The notes under the pieces: generated by a model
Told to the model about the DNA's origin: nothing
Seen by the model: the letters and a program-made list of their open reading frames with translations, nothing else
The model's database searches: none
Made by a program: the position numbers and the translations under genes
DNA from: an uncultured Planctomycetota bacterium
GTDB lineage: Bacteria; Planctomycetota; Planctomycetia; Pirellulales; Lacipirellulaceae
Reading direction: 5' to 3'
Length of the DNA stretch: 64,000 nt
Assembly: GCA_963719315.1 (NCBI GenBank)
Contig: CAVRBU010000006.1
Location: 1 to 64,000, forward strand
Shown: positions 12,100 through 23,283 of the stretch, one piece after another
Numbering within the stretch: position 1 is the stretch's first letter
Layout of the letters: every line of letters starts with the position of its first letter

Positions 12100-14820
12100 T
12101 CAAATTGCCGCGCGCTCAACGTCCAGCGAAACGAGATTGATTAGCTCCTTGTCGCTCATTTCGGTCAGCATCTTCTCGGCTCCTTCGCCCAGCAGATCCT
12201 CACTCAGATGGGTCTTCTCTTCGATCAACTCGTCGATCTTCTCTTCAATCGTACCGCGACAGACAAATTTGTGCACGAGCACGTTACGCTGTTGCCCGAT
12301 CCGAAAGGCCCGGTCGGTGGCCTGATTTTCAACGGCCGGATTCCACCAGCGGTCGAAGTGGACGACGTGTGACGCCGCCGTCAGGTTCAACCCAGTGCCG
12401 CCCGCCTTCAGGGACAGGATGAAGAATGGCGGGCCGCCGTCCGACTGGAACCGATCAACCAGTTTCTTCCGGCTTCTGACCGCGGTCCCGCCGTGCAAGA
12501 CCAGCCCTGCTTGGCCGAACACCGATGCCAGGTACCCTGCTAGCGGTTCCGTCATTTCGCGGAATTGGGTGAAGATCAACACCTTTTCCTGTCGCGAAGC
12601 AATCTCGTCGCAGATCTCGGCCAGCCGGCCAAACTTGCCGCTATCCTTGGCGTCGAAGCGTCCGTCCGACGTCAATTGGCTGGGGTGGTTACAGAGTTGC
12701 TTAAAACGCATGAGGTAGGCCAAGACCAAGCCGCGGCGTTTCATCCCGTCGAGTCCCTTCAGTGCATCAGCCAGTTCTTTCACGAGTTTGGCGTACATCG
12801 CAGCCTGGCGTCTGCTCAGTCCGCAGAAAGCCCGCACCTCCGTCTTGTCTGGCAGATCGGCAATGATCCGCTTGTCGGTCTTCATTCGACGCAGGATGTA
12901 GGGTCCAACCAAACGGCGCAGCGGCGCATACCGGTTGTCTTGTTCGCGGGAGTTCAATCGCTTGACGAACTCCTTGAACTTCTGCTGCGATCCCAGCAGA
13001 CCGGGACAAATAAAGTCGAACAGCGACCATAAGTCTGACAAACGGTTTTCGATCGGCGTTCCCGTCAACGCTATCCGCGCATCTGCCTTCACCCGTTTGA
13101 CGGCTTTGGTTTGGCGGGCCGCCGGGTTCTTAATCGCCTGTGCTTCGTCCAGCACGGCCAGTCGCCATTCAATATCGAGCAACCACGTTTGCCGAAGTAA
13201 CATCCCATACGTGGTCAGGACGACATCGACATCGCCCAACTCGTCATCCGCTCGCTGGGCCAGGCGTTTCAGATTGTCCGCCGGCATCTCGGACGGATGA
13301 ACAAACACCGCGTTTAACGACGGAGCGAACTTCTCGATCTCCGACTTCCAATTCGCCAACAGTGAAGCCGGCAATACCAATAGAGTCGGTTTCTGATTCC
13401 GTTTCCGTGTCTGTTGTTTCTCCGCGATTAGTAGCGCGAGAACCTGAATCGTCTTGCCCAATCCCATGTCGTCGGCCAGGCACGCGCCCAAGCCAAGGCC
13501 AGTGAGAAACGTCAGCCAGTTGACGCCGGTCCGCTGGTATTCGCGCAGTGTCGCTTTCAGTTGTTCACCGGGGCGTGCTGCCCGGAGTTGCTCCGGACTG
13601 CGCAAGTCAGCGAGCAGCTTTCCCAGCCAATCGCCAGCCCGCACGAACGACCATTCGCGTTGCTCGTCGGTTCGCACACCGTCGTCGGCCAAGTCAAGCG
13701 GCGCACCGGCGAGCAGCCGCATCCCTTCGACGAACGACACGCCGTCCGCCACACTGGCTTCCACCTGCCGCCAGTGATCAATCGCTTCCTGCAAGTGCTC
13801 GCGGTCAACCTCAACCCACTGTCCGCGCAACAGCACCAGTCCATCTTCGGCCGCCATCAGGTCGCGCAATTCGGCCGCCGTCAGTTCTTCTTCGCCAAGC
13901 GCCAACCCCACTTGGAAATCGAGCATTCCTTCCGCGTCAAACCGCTTCTGCCGATCATCACCGATCGTCACACTGACCCGCGGACGCGGGCGTTTCTTCC
14001 ACCAGTCGGGAAGCCGTACCAGAATGCCGCTGTCTTCCAGCAGCGGCACTTCCTTCAGAAACCGATAGGCCTGGGGTGGCGTCCACGCGAGCGGCTGATA
14101 AATGTCGCCCGTCTCAATCAACTCCCGCGCGAAATCGCTGCGCTGCGAGGCGAGGTGGACGGGTGAAAGAAGATTGATTAAGGTCTTCTTGTCCTGCCGG
14201 CCGCTGTACTGCCGCAAGGCATTGCTGAGCGGTTGGTACTGAACGCGCGAACTCGAAGTGACGGTGGGCGCGTACGTCGCCAGAAACGCAAACGGATACT
14301 CCGGGTCACGACGGTTCTCGGCCAGATGAAAACAGACGCGGCCGACTTGATGCCACAGCGGAGCCCGACGTTTCAAAAAAACTGGCAGGTCTCCGTCGAA
14401 AGCCGCTCCCTCGGCCTTTACCCACGCGTCGAGGTCCGACCAGACATCGGCTAACGCGTTACCGCTGAGGTACTCCGCGCCTTGCATCGGCGGCGCGCTG
14501 AGTACGAGGGCGTCGAGTTCCGCCGCGTCGGGAGCAGGAATTGATTCGAGTTCCGCCTGCGGCGCATGGCACAACTCAGTCAAGTAACGAACGGCGAACG
14601 AACGCCAGTAGACCATCGACGGGGGGAGTGCTGCGTCAAGCTTCTCCGTCGCCAGCGTGAACAGCCCTTCGGCTTGCGACGCCGCGAATGCGTTGGCGAC
14701 CTTGGTAATTCTTCGGTCCGCATCGTGGCCCGCATCCACGTCCAAAAGCATCCCCTGCACGCTCGTGGACTCGATAGCAGTGACGCGTCTCGCCGGAGTG
14801 AATGCCAGTACAATGCTCAT
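12100..14820 (-). CDS. SNF2-family helicase/ATPase
   Basis: LADDMGLGKT, DEAQ, LTGTPIEN, GGTGLNLTAA, QATDRAFRIGQ. Confidence 0.95.
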   Translation of the reverse strand: MSIVLAFTPARRVTAIESTSVQGMLLDVDAGHDADRRITKVANAFAASQAEGLFTLATEKLDAALPPSMVYWRSFAVRYLTELCHAPQAELESIPAPDAAELDALVLSAPPMQGAEYLSGNALADVWSDLDAWVKAEGAAFDGDLPVFLKRRAPLWHQVGRVCFHLAENRRDPEYPFAFLATYAPTVTSSSRVQYQPLSNALRQYSGRQDKKTLINLLSPVHLASQRSDFARELIETGDIYQPLAWTPPQAYRFLKEVPLLEDSGILVRLPDWWKKRPRPRVSVTIGDDRQKRFDAEGMLDFQVGLALGEEELTAAELRDLMAAEDGLVLLRGQWVEVDREHLQEAIDHWRQVEASVADGVSFVEGMRLLAGAPLDLADDGVRTDEQREWSFVRAGDWLGKLLADLRSPEQLRAARPGEQLKATLREYQRTGVNWLTFLTGLGLGACLADDMGLGKTIQVLALLIAEKQQTRKRNQKPTLLVLPASLLANWKSEIEKFAPSLNAVFVHPSEMPADNLKRLAQRADDELGDVDVVLTTYGMLLRQTWLLDIEWRLAVLDEAQAIKNPAARQTKAVKRVKADARIALTGTPIENRLSDLWSLFDFICPGLLGSQQKFKEFVKRLNSREQDNRYAPLRRLVGPYILRRMKTDKRIIADLPDKTEVRAFCGLSRRQAAMYAKLVKELADALKGLDGMKRRGLVLAYLMRFKQLCNHPSQLTSDGRFDAKDSGKFGRLAEICDEIASRQEKVLIFTQFREMTEPLAGYLASVFGQAGLVLHGGTAVRSRKKLVDRFQSDGGPPFFILSLKAGGTGLNLTAASHVVHFDRWWNPAVENQATDRAFRIGQQRNVLVHKFVCRGTIEEKIDELIEEKTHLSEDLLGEGAEKMLTEMSDKELINLVSLDVERAAI

Positions 14821-15554
14821 AGGTCATCCGTGCTACCAACCGCTGGCCAGCGGCGGTTTCCATTCACTCAACCATCAACGAACGCCATGATACCGAACTT
14901 CCTCCCTGACGAGGAGAAGTTCAGGCCTTGTCGAGGCAAGCTGCCAACCACTCGATTTGAGGGCGAGTAACTTTCTCACGGCGGACGGCTTCGTTGCACA
15001 GTCGCCCACATTCGCCGATGTTGGCGGTGGGCGGTGGGACGGATGTCGATTGTGTTGGTGGGACTAATCTCCTTGGCACGGACTTCGGCCTCGATCCGAT
15101 CAAAGGGTTATCCGTATTCCAGAATAAGTGTTCGATCTCTGGCCGATAGCTCGACATGTGCGCTTTCACGGGTCGTCAAGAGTCTACTCCATTAGGTATC
15201 CGGATTCATTGGACTCGCAGCTTTACTCCCGGATCGGAATTCCGCTGATGATGACCACTCGCCACGTTTGCGAGTCGATGCTCGGTCTGCGATCCTCAGA
15301 TTCGATCGACGATTATGGTTGAGACGGGTCTCAACTAGAAACCACCTATCTGGATATCTGGGGCGTGTCTAAATCGGTCGGGCCTGTTGAAAAACACCAT
15401 TCTTCGCCGGAAGCTAGCTTTACGAAGCCCGGGAAAGATGCGAATCGCCAGCCTGTAAATTGGACTTATCCTAAGTGGAAACATTGCGTATCGATTGACG
15501 CGCTTGTAGACGGATACCGCCGGTTCAAAAACGGTCGATTGTCGGCACAACGCG

Positions 15555-16531
15555 TCAACGGCTACCAGTTTTCTCTTGCGACTTCAATAGCAGTGGTTTG
15601 ATCACTTTGGGAAGATCCAAACGGTGGTTAACGGCTGCAATCACTCCATCCCGGTCTATTACGAACATGCTCGGTAATCCGGCTACACGATATAGCTTCA
15701 ACACATCCGCCCCCGCCCAGACAGTCGAGGTTTTGGACCAATGCTTGCTGTTGAATAACGTGACGGCGTCTTCGCTTCTTTCGTCGACACTAACCGCGAG
15801 TAGTTCTACCTGGCCCGTCCATTCCGGATGTTGCTCTTGAAGTGATGCCATCTCGTCGACAGTCTTGATGCAGGGTCCGCACCAAGATGCCCAGAACTCA
15901 ACAACCACACAATGCGGCCGGCAAGTTGGAACAAGTCACGTTCTTCGGCGTCTCCTAGTCGAGTGAACTTGAAATTCGGCGCTTTCGCACCAAGCGGAAG
16001 CAGTCCACTATGGACGAACCGGTTTATTTCTTTGATATCACCGCGGATTAGGCTCACGACCAGTTGGTCGGTTTCGGCCATTCCCTCTGGAATCATCGTC
16101 AAGCGAACGACCGTTAGTTTCGGGCCGCGAATCAATTCAACGATTCGAGAGACATCCTGTGTTCTACGTACATCGATCGACGGTTCATTGCCCTCGGCAA
16201 CCGCAACTACCTGGTCATTTGCTTTGATCAAGTTAGACTGAGCGGCGGGTGACTCAGGTAGAACCTTGGTGACAAACACTTTGCCATCCTCGATGCGTAA
16301 TGCAACGCCGATGCCGGCCTGTCGTGTGAAATCTTGAGCTTCTGCTTTCTTGTCGGCAGAGGCCACGGGCGTTTTGCCACGACTGTTGACTGTTGAACTT
16401 GGCAACGACTGAGCGGAATTGTTGTTAGACGAGGTAGGCTGCGCCGTCGGCGGAGAGCAACTGAATACTGTCGCTACCAATACCGTCGCCATCAAGCTAA
16501 GCATAATTTGATCGAAGTGCATGTCATTCAA
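15555..16531 (-). CDS. PDZ domain plus TlpA-like thioredoxin, putative lipoprotein, frameshift near 15908
   Basis: Lipobox-like VFSC; PDZ GIGVAL...PESPAA; KAPNF and FWASWCGPC. Confidence 0.75.
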
Positions 16532-16973
16532 TCCAATCTGGCATCGAGCGTTGATGCGACGTAATCGAATGCCTTCTATCGTTTCCCTACTGTACGACTG
16601 CTTGGCCCAATCACCGAAAGCGTCTGAACTTGGTATAAGTCATTGTCTTGCATCGAGATCAGCGAAAGCCGAAACAGCTGCCACTCAGCATTATACAGGG
16701 TTCTTTCAGGTGTGGGCTCGAATGAAAGCGCACTGCACGAAGCGGACGGTTTCCGATCTGCGTCGGTCGCATCGCCCGGGGCACGAAATCGATTGGAAGG
16801 CATCCGAAGAATCGTTCAGATGTCGGCACTCGTCGGCGTAAGTCTTGTCGTACTGAGGTCCACAATGAAAATCTTCAGGCCAACACTCGCATCAAAATAC
16901 TCTTGCGGGAACGGATACGGCATTTCGTCCGCGCTCAAAGGTTGACGCAATCCAGTGGGGCTATACTGCCCAA

Positions 16974-18563
16974 TCATTGCGCCCGCGCGGCGTCGGTTCC
17001 AGTGGCACTTTTCTCAGTTGAATCGGGGATGCTTACCACCCAGTGTCCGATCAGCGAGTGACGCTCGTAGGAGAGCAAATACACGTGGAGCAACTGTGGA
17101 TCGGTTGCGTCGCGGTGCATGACTGGCCCGTCGATGGCGAAGTGGTGATGGTCGATCCAGCGGTCGTGTTCATCGAGCAGCACACTGAAGTAGGGGGTCG
17201 CGTTGGGTGGCTGCTCTTGAAGCTTGCTGTAATCCTGGTAGAACGGCGGCACGCCGATGCCCATTGGCATGTAGAGTCCTTTCGGATACTCCTCGACCGG
17301 CAATTTCGGCAACGCGTCAATCAGGAAGCCGCTGACCAGGAAGCGAATCTTGCCGGAATGGTGGCTGCTCGAAAAGACTAGCTCTAGTTCGTCGAAGAGA
17401 TCGTTCGAGACGGGCGAAAGCACTTTGCGCAATACGGTGTGCTCGAAGTGGTCGATGCGTGGATACTCGTTGCTCCACGGCGTGTTGTCGGAATAGCGTC
17501 CCGGCGGGATGAACGTGGCGAAATGAATATCGTTCGGTCGGAAGAAATCGCCCCACGTGCGGACGTTCGCGGCCATGGTCGTGCGTCGCTTGCGAGCCTG
17601 TTCACCGGCAAACATGATCGGCTCTTTGGGATCGAACTTGGTCGTCGGTTCCGATTCTCGCTCGACGCTGCGGAGTTTTTCCAAGGGTATCGCGGTGCCG
17701 GCCGGGTCAAACCAATGCTCTAGGTAATACCAGTGCCGCCAATATGCCAAGCCGGTGTTTTTTTCAAAGATGTCTTTGTAGAGACCCATGGGAAACGTGA
17801 ACCAACCCTGATAGTACATCTCCTTCTGTCCATCCTGCTCAACGGTTAGCAGCACTTCCCAAAGGCCGGCGTTTAGGCAGTTCTTCGCCAGCTCCGCCGA
17901 GTAGAGGTGATTTGCCTCCCAGCCATCGCCGCCGGTGACCTCGACATTCCCGTCGCCTGGCCCGCCGAAGCGGACCTGCTGCCGATTCCACTGCCGGTCG
18001 GTCAGCGCGATCCGGAGTAGGCCGGGGTCTTGCTTGGCCCATTCCGGCACGTTTGGCGTCATCAGGCTCACATCGACATTCTTAAATGTGACCTGCGCCA
18101 CCTGGGGTTGCAGCGGTTCAAATACGAAATCGAAATGCGTTGCATCCTTGCGCTCCAGACGTAGGCGGCGGCCTTGGTACATGCTGAGCCACACACTGCG
18201 GCCGGCGGGATCTTCCGGGTACTCGGCATTACTGAATTCTCGAATCGGCACCTGCATCACGTCTGCCGTGCGGTAGCGGAACCAGGTGCGACAGCCAATT
18301 GCGAGGATCACCAGTGGCAGAACGACCGCCATCGCCGAAAGAAAGCGCTTGCGAAACACGCGACTTTGATACGATCCGACGACAGCCCAGAGGAGCAGCC
18401 CTAATACAGCAAACGCGAGGGTCATCTTGGGGGACGCCAACAACCACGCTGCCGCAACCAAGAATACCACAACGAACAGCAGGTTCCTCGCCGTAAATAG
18501 TCGTCGCGGCGCACGGCTCCGGTCGCCGTCAGTTAAGGCGGTGTCGCTGTTTGTAGCTACCAT
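16974..18563 (-). CDS. Hypothetical protein with N-terminal transmembrane helices
   Basis: 529-aa ORF, three hydrophobic segments then a large soluble region. Confidence 0.8.
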   Translation of the reverse strand: MVATNSDTALTDGDRSRAPRRLFTARNLLFVVVFLVAAAWLLASPKMTLAFAVLGLLLWAVVGSYQSRVFRKRFLSAMAVVLPLVILAIGCRTWFRYRTADVMQVPIREFSNAEYPEDPAGRSVWLSMYQGRRLRLERKDATHFDFVFEPLQPQVAQVTFKNVDVSLMTPNVPEWAKQDPGLLRIALTDRQWNRQQVRFGGPGDGNVEVTGGDGWEANHLYSAELAKNCLNAGLWEVLLTVEQDGQKEMYYQGWFTFPMGLYKDIFEKNTGLAYWRHWYYLEHWFDPAGTAIPLEKLRSVERESEPTTKFDPKEPIMFAGEQARKRRTTMAANVRTWGDFFRPNDIHFATFIPPGRYSDNTPWSNEYPRIDHFEHTVLRKVLSPVSNDLFDELELVFSSSHHSGKIRFLVSGFLIDALPKLPVEEYPKGLYMPMGIGVPPFYQDYSKLQEQPPNATPYFSVLLDEHDRWIDHHHFAIDGPVMHRDATDPQLLHVYLLSYERHSLIGHWVVSIPDSTEKSATGTDAARAQ

Positions 18564-18667
18564 GTCGCACTCCAGTCAATGATCGCCTTCACTCAAGTAA
18601 CGTCTTTGCGACGAGGACTCGTAGTATAAACCCTTTCGATTGCGTCGTGCCACAGCGGACTAGCGCG

Positions 18668-18789
18668 GGTGGTGTCCTAATTTGGCACCGTTCGGACCGG
18701 AACTCTGTAGCACGGACTTCAGTCCGTACGAGAATCACGGACTGAAGTCCGTGTCACAAGCTTGTTGTGCCGCAAATTAGGACACTACC
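18668..18789. mobile_element. MITE copy 1 (122 bp) carrying a REP pair
   Basis: TIRs GGTGGTGTCCTAATTTG / CAAATTAGGACACTACC; flanks CTAGCGCG / CTAACGCG (8 bp, one mismatch). Confidence 0.85.
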
Positions 18790-20304
18790 CTAACGCGTCC
18801 ATTGCAGCCATTTGCGAAAGAGTGACTTGACCAGCGGCGTCAAACGCGTCCGATTAAATTTGTCGCCCAGCTTCCGGACGGCTTCGGCTTGCGTAGGGTA
18901 GGGATGAATCGTGCTGCCGATTTTCTTCAAGCCTAGTCCGTGGGTCATGGCTAGCGAGATTTCAGAGATCAGGTCGCCCGCATTGTGGGCGACGATCGTG
19001 GCGCCGACGATTTTATCGGTTCCCTTTTTGAGGTGAACCTTGGCAAAGCCCTCCACTTCGCTTTCTAAAATGGCGCGATCCACGCCGCTCAGTTCTTGAA
19101 CGATTGTATCTACCGCGATTCCCTTGTCATTCGCTTGGTGGTCATAGAGGCCCACGTGGGCGACCTCGGGTGAGGTGTAGGTGCACCAGGGGATTGTAAG
19201 ACACGACGCCTTCGCTCGGCCCGTGAAGAGGGCGTTTTGAATCACGATTCGGGCCATGAAGTCGGCCACGTGCGTGAATTGAAATGGCGAACAAATGTCG
19301 CCAGCGGCATAAATCCGCGAATTGGTGGTTTGCAGGTAATCGTTGACCGTGACTCCCTTCTTATCGTACACGACGCCCACTGCTTCGAGATTAAGGCCCT
19401 CAACATTCGGGCTGCGGCCGACCGCAACCAAGAGCTTGTCGATCGGTTCGTCATAGCTTTTGCCATGTGACTCGACCGTTAGACGGGCTGTGCTGGAATT
19501 CTTGATTTCGAGGTTCTTCCCGCAACAAAGCAGCTTTACGCCATCGCGAGCGAGGGCTGCCTGCACGATTTCCGCGGCATCGCGATCCTCGCGCGGCAGT
19601 ACGCCATGCTCGTTCTCGACGAGGAACACTTCGGAACCCAACTGAGCGAAGGCCTGTGCCATCTCGCACCCGATCGGCCCGGCACCAATTACGCCTAGCC
19701 GCGTGGGAAGTTTGGTCAGGGAAAATACGGTTTCATTCGTCAGATGCTCAATCGAATCAAGTCCAGCAATGGGCGGGGCCGCAGCGCGGGCTCCGGTCGC
19801 GATCACGGCTCGTTTGAACTCCAGTCGCGTGCCCTCGACTTCGACCGAACTGGAATCGACAAACCGACCGTCGCCAAAATAGACATCGATACCCAGCTCT
19901 TGAAATCGTCGCGCCGAGTCGTGCGGACTGATCTCGGCGCGTAAGCGCCGCATGCGTTCCATCGCGGCGGCGAAATCGACGTTCACCCCGGTCGGTACAT
20001 GAACACCAAATTCGTGCGCCCGCCGAACCGCAGTGGCCGCACGGGCCGCGGCAATAATTGCTTTCGATGGTACGCACCCGACGTTGAGGCAATCACCCCC
20101 CATCAAAGCGCGTTCGACAAGCGCCACCTTGGCGCCCAGTCCAGCGGCGCCGGCGGCGGTGACAAGTCCCGCAGTCCCGGCCCCAATGACGACGAGGTTG
20201 TAGCGACCGGTCGGCGTCGGATTCCGCCATTGCGGCGGACGGACGTTTGATTCCAATTGCTCGTTATATCGGTCCTTTGGCAATAGGGAGGGAATTTGCG
20301 TCAT
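18790..20304 (-). CDS. Mercuric-reductase-like flavoprotein disulfide oxidoreductase
   Basis: GAGTAG, GGDCLNVGCVPSK, GAGPIG, HPYPT; lacks the C-terminal Cys-Cys pair of MerA. Confidence 0.9.
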   Translation of the reverse strand: MTQIPSLLPKDRYNEQLESNVRPPQWRNPTPTGRYNLVVIGAGTAGLVTAAGAAGLGAKVALVERALMGGDCLNVGCVPSKAIIAAARAATAVRRAHEFGVHVPTGVNVDFAAAMERMRRLRAEISPHDSARRFQELGIDVYFGDGRFVDSSSVEVEGTRLEFKRAVIATGARAAAPPIAGLDSIEHLTNETVFSLTKLPTRLGVIGAGPIGCEMAQAFAQLGSEVFLVENEHGVLPREDRDAAEIVQAALARDGVKLLCCGKNLEIKNSSTARLTVESHGKSYDEPIDKLLVAVGRSPNVEGLNLEAVGVVYDKKGVTVNDYLQTTNSRIYAAGDICSPFQFTHVADFMARIVIQNALFTGRAKASCLTIPWCTYTSPEVAHVGLYDHQANDKGIAVDTIVQELSGVDRAILESEVEGFAKVHLKKGTDKIVGATIVAHNAGDLISEISLAMTHGLGLKKIGSTIHPYPTQAEAVRKLGDKFNRTRLTPLVKSLFRKWLQWTR

Positions 20305-21059
20305 GACTTGGTTCCCACAGTTCCGTCTGATTTTTCTTCCGCGCGTGGCGCGGCGACGCCGAAATACCGCAGCGTCCAACGCACGACGAGCGGAAATACG
20401 CCTAGCAGCGCGAACGCAATCAGAATTCGCGTCAATTGCCCTGCCGAGAATACCGCGCCGATGCCCTTATCCGCGAGTGTTTGCAGACTCGGCACACTCG
20501 ACCCCGCATAGACATAGACAATCGTTCCCGGCAGCATCCCCAGTTGACTAACCCACCAGAACGCAAGAGTTCGAATCGGCGTCAGGCCCATCACGGCGTT
20601 GATGACGAAGAACGGAACGGCGGGTATCAAACGGAGCGTGAACAAATAGAAGGAACCGTCACGCCGCAATTGGTCATTGAATCGGACCAACCGATCACCA
20701 AAGCGACTTTCTACGGCGTCGCGAAACAAATACCGGCTCAACAAGAACGCCAGCGTGGCGCCGGCCGTCGACGCGAAGCTAACAAGAATCACCCCGCGCA
20801 CCAGTCCGAAGAACCAACCATAGGCTAGCGTCAGCACCGCGGCACCGGGGAGGGACAATCCCGTTACGGTAACGTAAATGAGAAACGCCAACCCATAGGC
20901 AAGGAACGTGTGCTCGCGTTGAAACTCTCGCAGGCGGTTTTCCTGGCCGGCCAGGGACTGCAGCGTCAGGACGTCGGACAGCAAAAAATAGCCGGCCACA
21001 ATCGCGCCGACTAGGAGCAACAGCAGCACGGTTTTCTTGCGAAATCCGGATAGTTTCAT
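20301..21059 (-). CDS. TVP38/TMEM64 (DedA/VTT) membrane protein
   Basis: SLPGAAVLTL and LRLIPAVPFFVIN motifs. Confidence 0.9.
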   Translation of the reverse strand: MKLSGFRKKTVLLLLLVGAIVAGYFLLSDVLTLQSLAGQENRLREFQREHTFLAYGLAFLIYVTVTGLSLPGAAVLTLAYGWFFGLVRGVILVSFASTAGATLAFLLSRYLFRDAVESRFGDRLVRFNDQLRRDGSFYLFTLRLIPAVPFFVINAVMGLTPIRTLAFWWVSQLGMLPGTIVYVYAGSSVPSLQTLADKGIGAVFSAGQLTRILIAFALLGVFPLVVRWTLRYFGVAAPRAEEKSDGTVGTKS

Positions 21060-21924
21060 TACTGTTTGGCCGCGCGCTGAACCTTAGCCTGGTCGTTCAG
21101 GCTCCAATTGTAGTCCAGATAAGTCACTTGGGCATTGCCGCTTTCCGCGACCTTTTGCGCAGCCGGATCGGGGAGATGCGGCGCGATCCGCCGCATTTGC
21201 TCGGCCTGAGTGTCGCCGAAGTCTTTCCCATACCATTCCAGGATCGGCGACACGGCAATCGATTTCTGCGCGGCATCGTAGCGGAACTTGTTCGGGTCGG
21301 CAAAGAACGCCCTCGCAGTGGCGGTCAATTGTTGATCGAGCTTTTTCGGAACGTACGCTTCATTCAACAGCCGCGGGCAACCAATCAAAGCGCACACGAT
21401 CGCGAAATGAATTCTCGGCTCACCCATCTTGCGTAAGATTTCGTGTTCCATTTGATCGAGCGAGTAGGGGCGGCCTTCGACCTGCAATTGCAAGAATTCC
21501 AAATGTTGTAGCCGAAGAACTTGGCGGTGTGGTTGCGAATGCTGGATGTCGGATACTCGCGTAAGATGCCTTTGATGGTGACGGCGTTGTAGGCGTTGAT
21601 CCAGAACGCCAACGCTGCATTTCGTTCCGCGCCGCTCAAATCGGCGGAAGAAAGGTGCTCCAAATAGTTGTCTAGCGCTACCACATCCGGCGCGGACGCT
21701 TTCCACCCGGCGTAGTCGACCAGGCCTCGATCGTCGACGTATTTTCGCAGCAGCGCGGTCCACTGCGAATGATCAATTTTGCTCACGGGGATCTGGCGCG
21801 ACTTGTCTTCATTCTTACCGAGAACGACAACGGGCCCCGCATACCCGATTGTCGCGATGGCAATTGTTGCGATTGCCAAAGCATAGGTGGTTGCGCAACT
21901 GCGAAGATGCTTTCGACGATTCAT
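21059..21924 (-). CDS. DUF547 domain protein, frameshift near 21495
   Basis: Signal peptide; GLVDY, AFWINAYNA, EPRIHFAIVCA. Confidence 0.85.
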
Positions 21925-22389
21925 CGGACACCTCAACAAGTCAACGTGGACGGACGCGTAGGCCGGTCTCTCCGAGACCGGTATTTCGAGTCTCGGAGAG
22001 ACTCGGCTACGTGCCCGAGGAACGCCAAAGTCGTAACTTCGCTGATAAATCATCCCGCGTCTGTAGCGCAGGACACACTTATTCAAGCGTGCAGTCAGAA
22101 TTCGTGGCATCCGTAAACCGTTGATTTTACGTCCGCCAACGAAAGCAGCCCTCGATTTTCGTCGGGGGCTCTTCTGACTGCCATTATCTACCGAGGACCG
22201 CACGATCGATTGAATTTAAAAGAGGTACTCTCACCACAGATATGTCCGAATGCCCATTCAGCACTGACAGCCGAATACGCTGCACAAATCGCCTGCTATG
22301 ACCGTCTTTGGCTAGGTCTGACAGTCGTAAGGTACTTATGCTGCATATACTGCCGATGAAATAGCATTCACCTCTGGCAGAAATGGACG

Positions 22390-23283
22390 CTATGGATGGA
22401 TTTCCTCCTCAGACGCGGATTTCCTCGAATCCAGTTTTTCATCCGTGCGGAAGGTGCGGGGATTCAACGGATAGTTGCCCAAGTCTCGGGCGAGTGGGAG
22501 CAATAGCATCCAGTGAAGACGCTCAGTCGTTTGCTCGTCGCGAAGCTGCGAAAGACCAACTGTCATCTCGATATGTCCGTCGGCAGGCTGGTCGCGATAA
22601 GTCCCCATCAAACGATCCCACCACGGGTGGTTAAATCCGAAATTACTGTTCGTTTCCTCGCGATACCATGAGTGATGCACCCGATGCATGTCGGGCGTTA
22701 CGACCACCCATCTCAACACGCGATCCAGCCAGAGAGGCATCCGCACATTACTGTGGTTGAACATCGAAGTGGCATTGAGCAAGACCTCAAAAACAAACAC
22801 CGCGACAGGAGCTGGGCCAAGCAGAAGAATGACGCTGTATTTGATGCCGAGCGACAATAGGATTTCCGCCGTGTGAAATCGAATTCCGGTCGTGACGTCA
22901 ATGTCCAAGTCAGCGTGATGTACCATGTGTAGCCGCCAAAAGAGCGGCACGGCGTGAAACATCACATGTTGAAAATAGATCGCAAGATCCAGCAAAACGA
23001 TTGAGGCTAAGATAGCAACCCAACGAGGGACGGCGATCACATGGAAGATGCCCCAGCCAAGACTCTCGGCCAAAAGAGCCGCGCCGACAGCTCCAAGTGG
23101 AGCAATCAGCCGAAGTAACAGGCTGTTCAAGAATACGAGACCCATGTTACTTGCCCAACGCGAAGTCTTCCGACTGGTCAGCTGGCGGCGAGGCGCCAAC
23201 GCCTCCCACACGCTCATTGCCGCAAACACGCCAACGAAAGCCGCGAGTCGGAGTTCGGTTTCTGGTTGCAATTCAGAAAGCAT
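22390..23283 (-). CDS. Sterol desaturase/fatty acid hydroxylase family protein
   Basis: His boxes HVMFH, HMVHH, HRVHH. Confidence 0.9.
   Translation of the reverse strand: MLSELQPETELRLAAFVGVFAAMSVWEALAPRRQLTSRKTSRWASNMGLVFLNSLLLRLIAPLGAVGAALLAESLGWGIFHVIAVPRWVAILASIVLLDLAIYFQHVMFHAVPLFWRLHMVHHADLDIDVTTGIRFHTAEILLSLGIKYSVILLLGPAPVAVFVFEVLLNATSMFNHSNVRMPLWLDRVLRWVVVTPDMHRVHHSWYREETNSNFGFNHPWWDRLMGTYRDQPADGHIEMTVGLSQLRDEQTTERLHWMLLLPLARDLGNYPLNPRTFRTDEKLDSRKSASEEEIHP

Noticed and set aside
14830..15550. Short ORFs between the SNF2 gene and the thioredoxin gene
   Set aside because: No recognisable motif or consistent frame on either strand
18790..20304. True merA mercury resistance gene
   Set aside because: No C-terminal Cys-Cys, no NmerA domain, no mer operon
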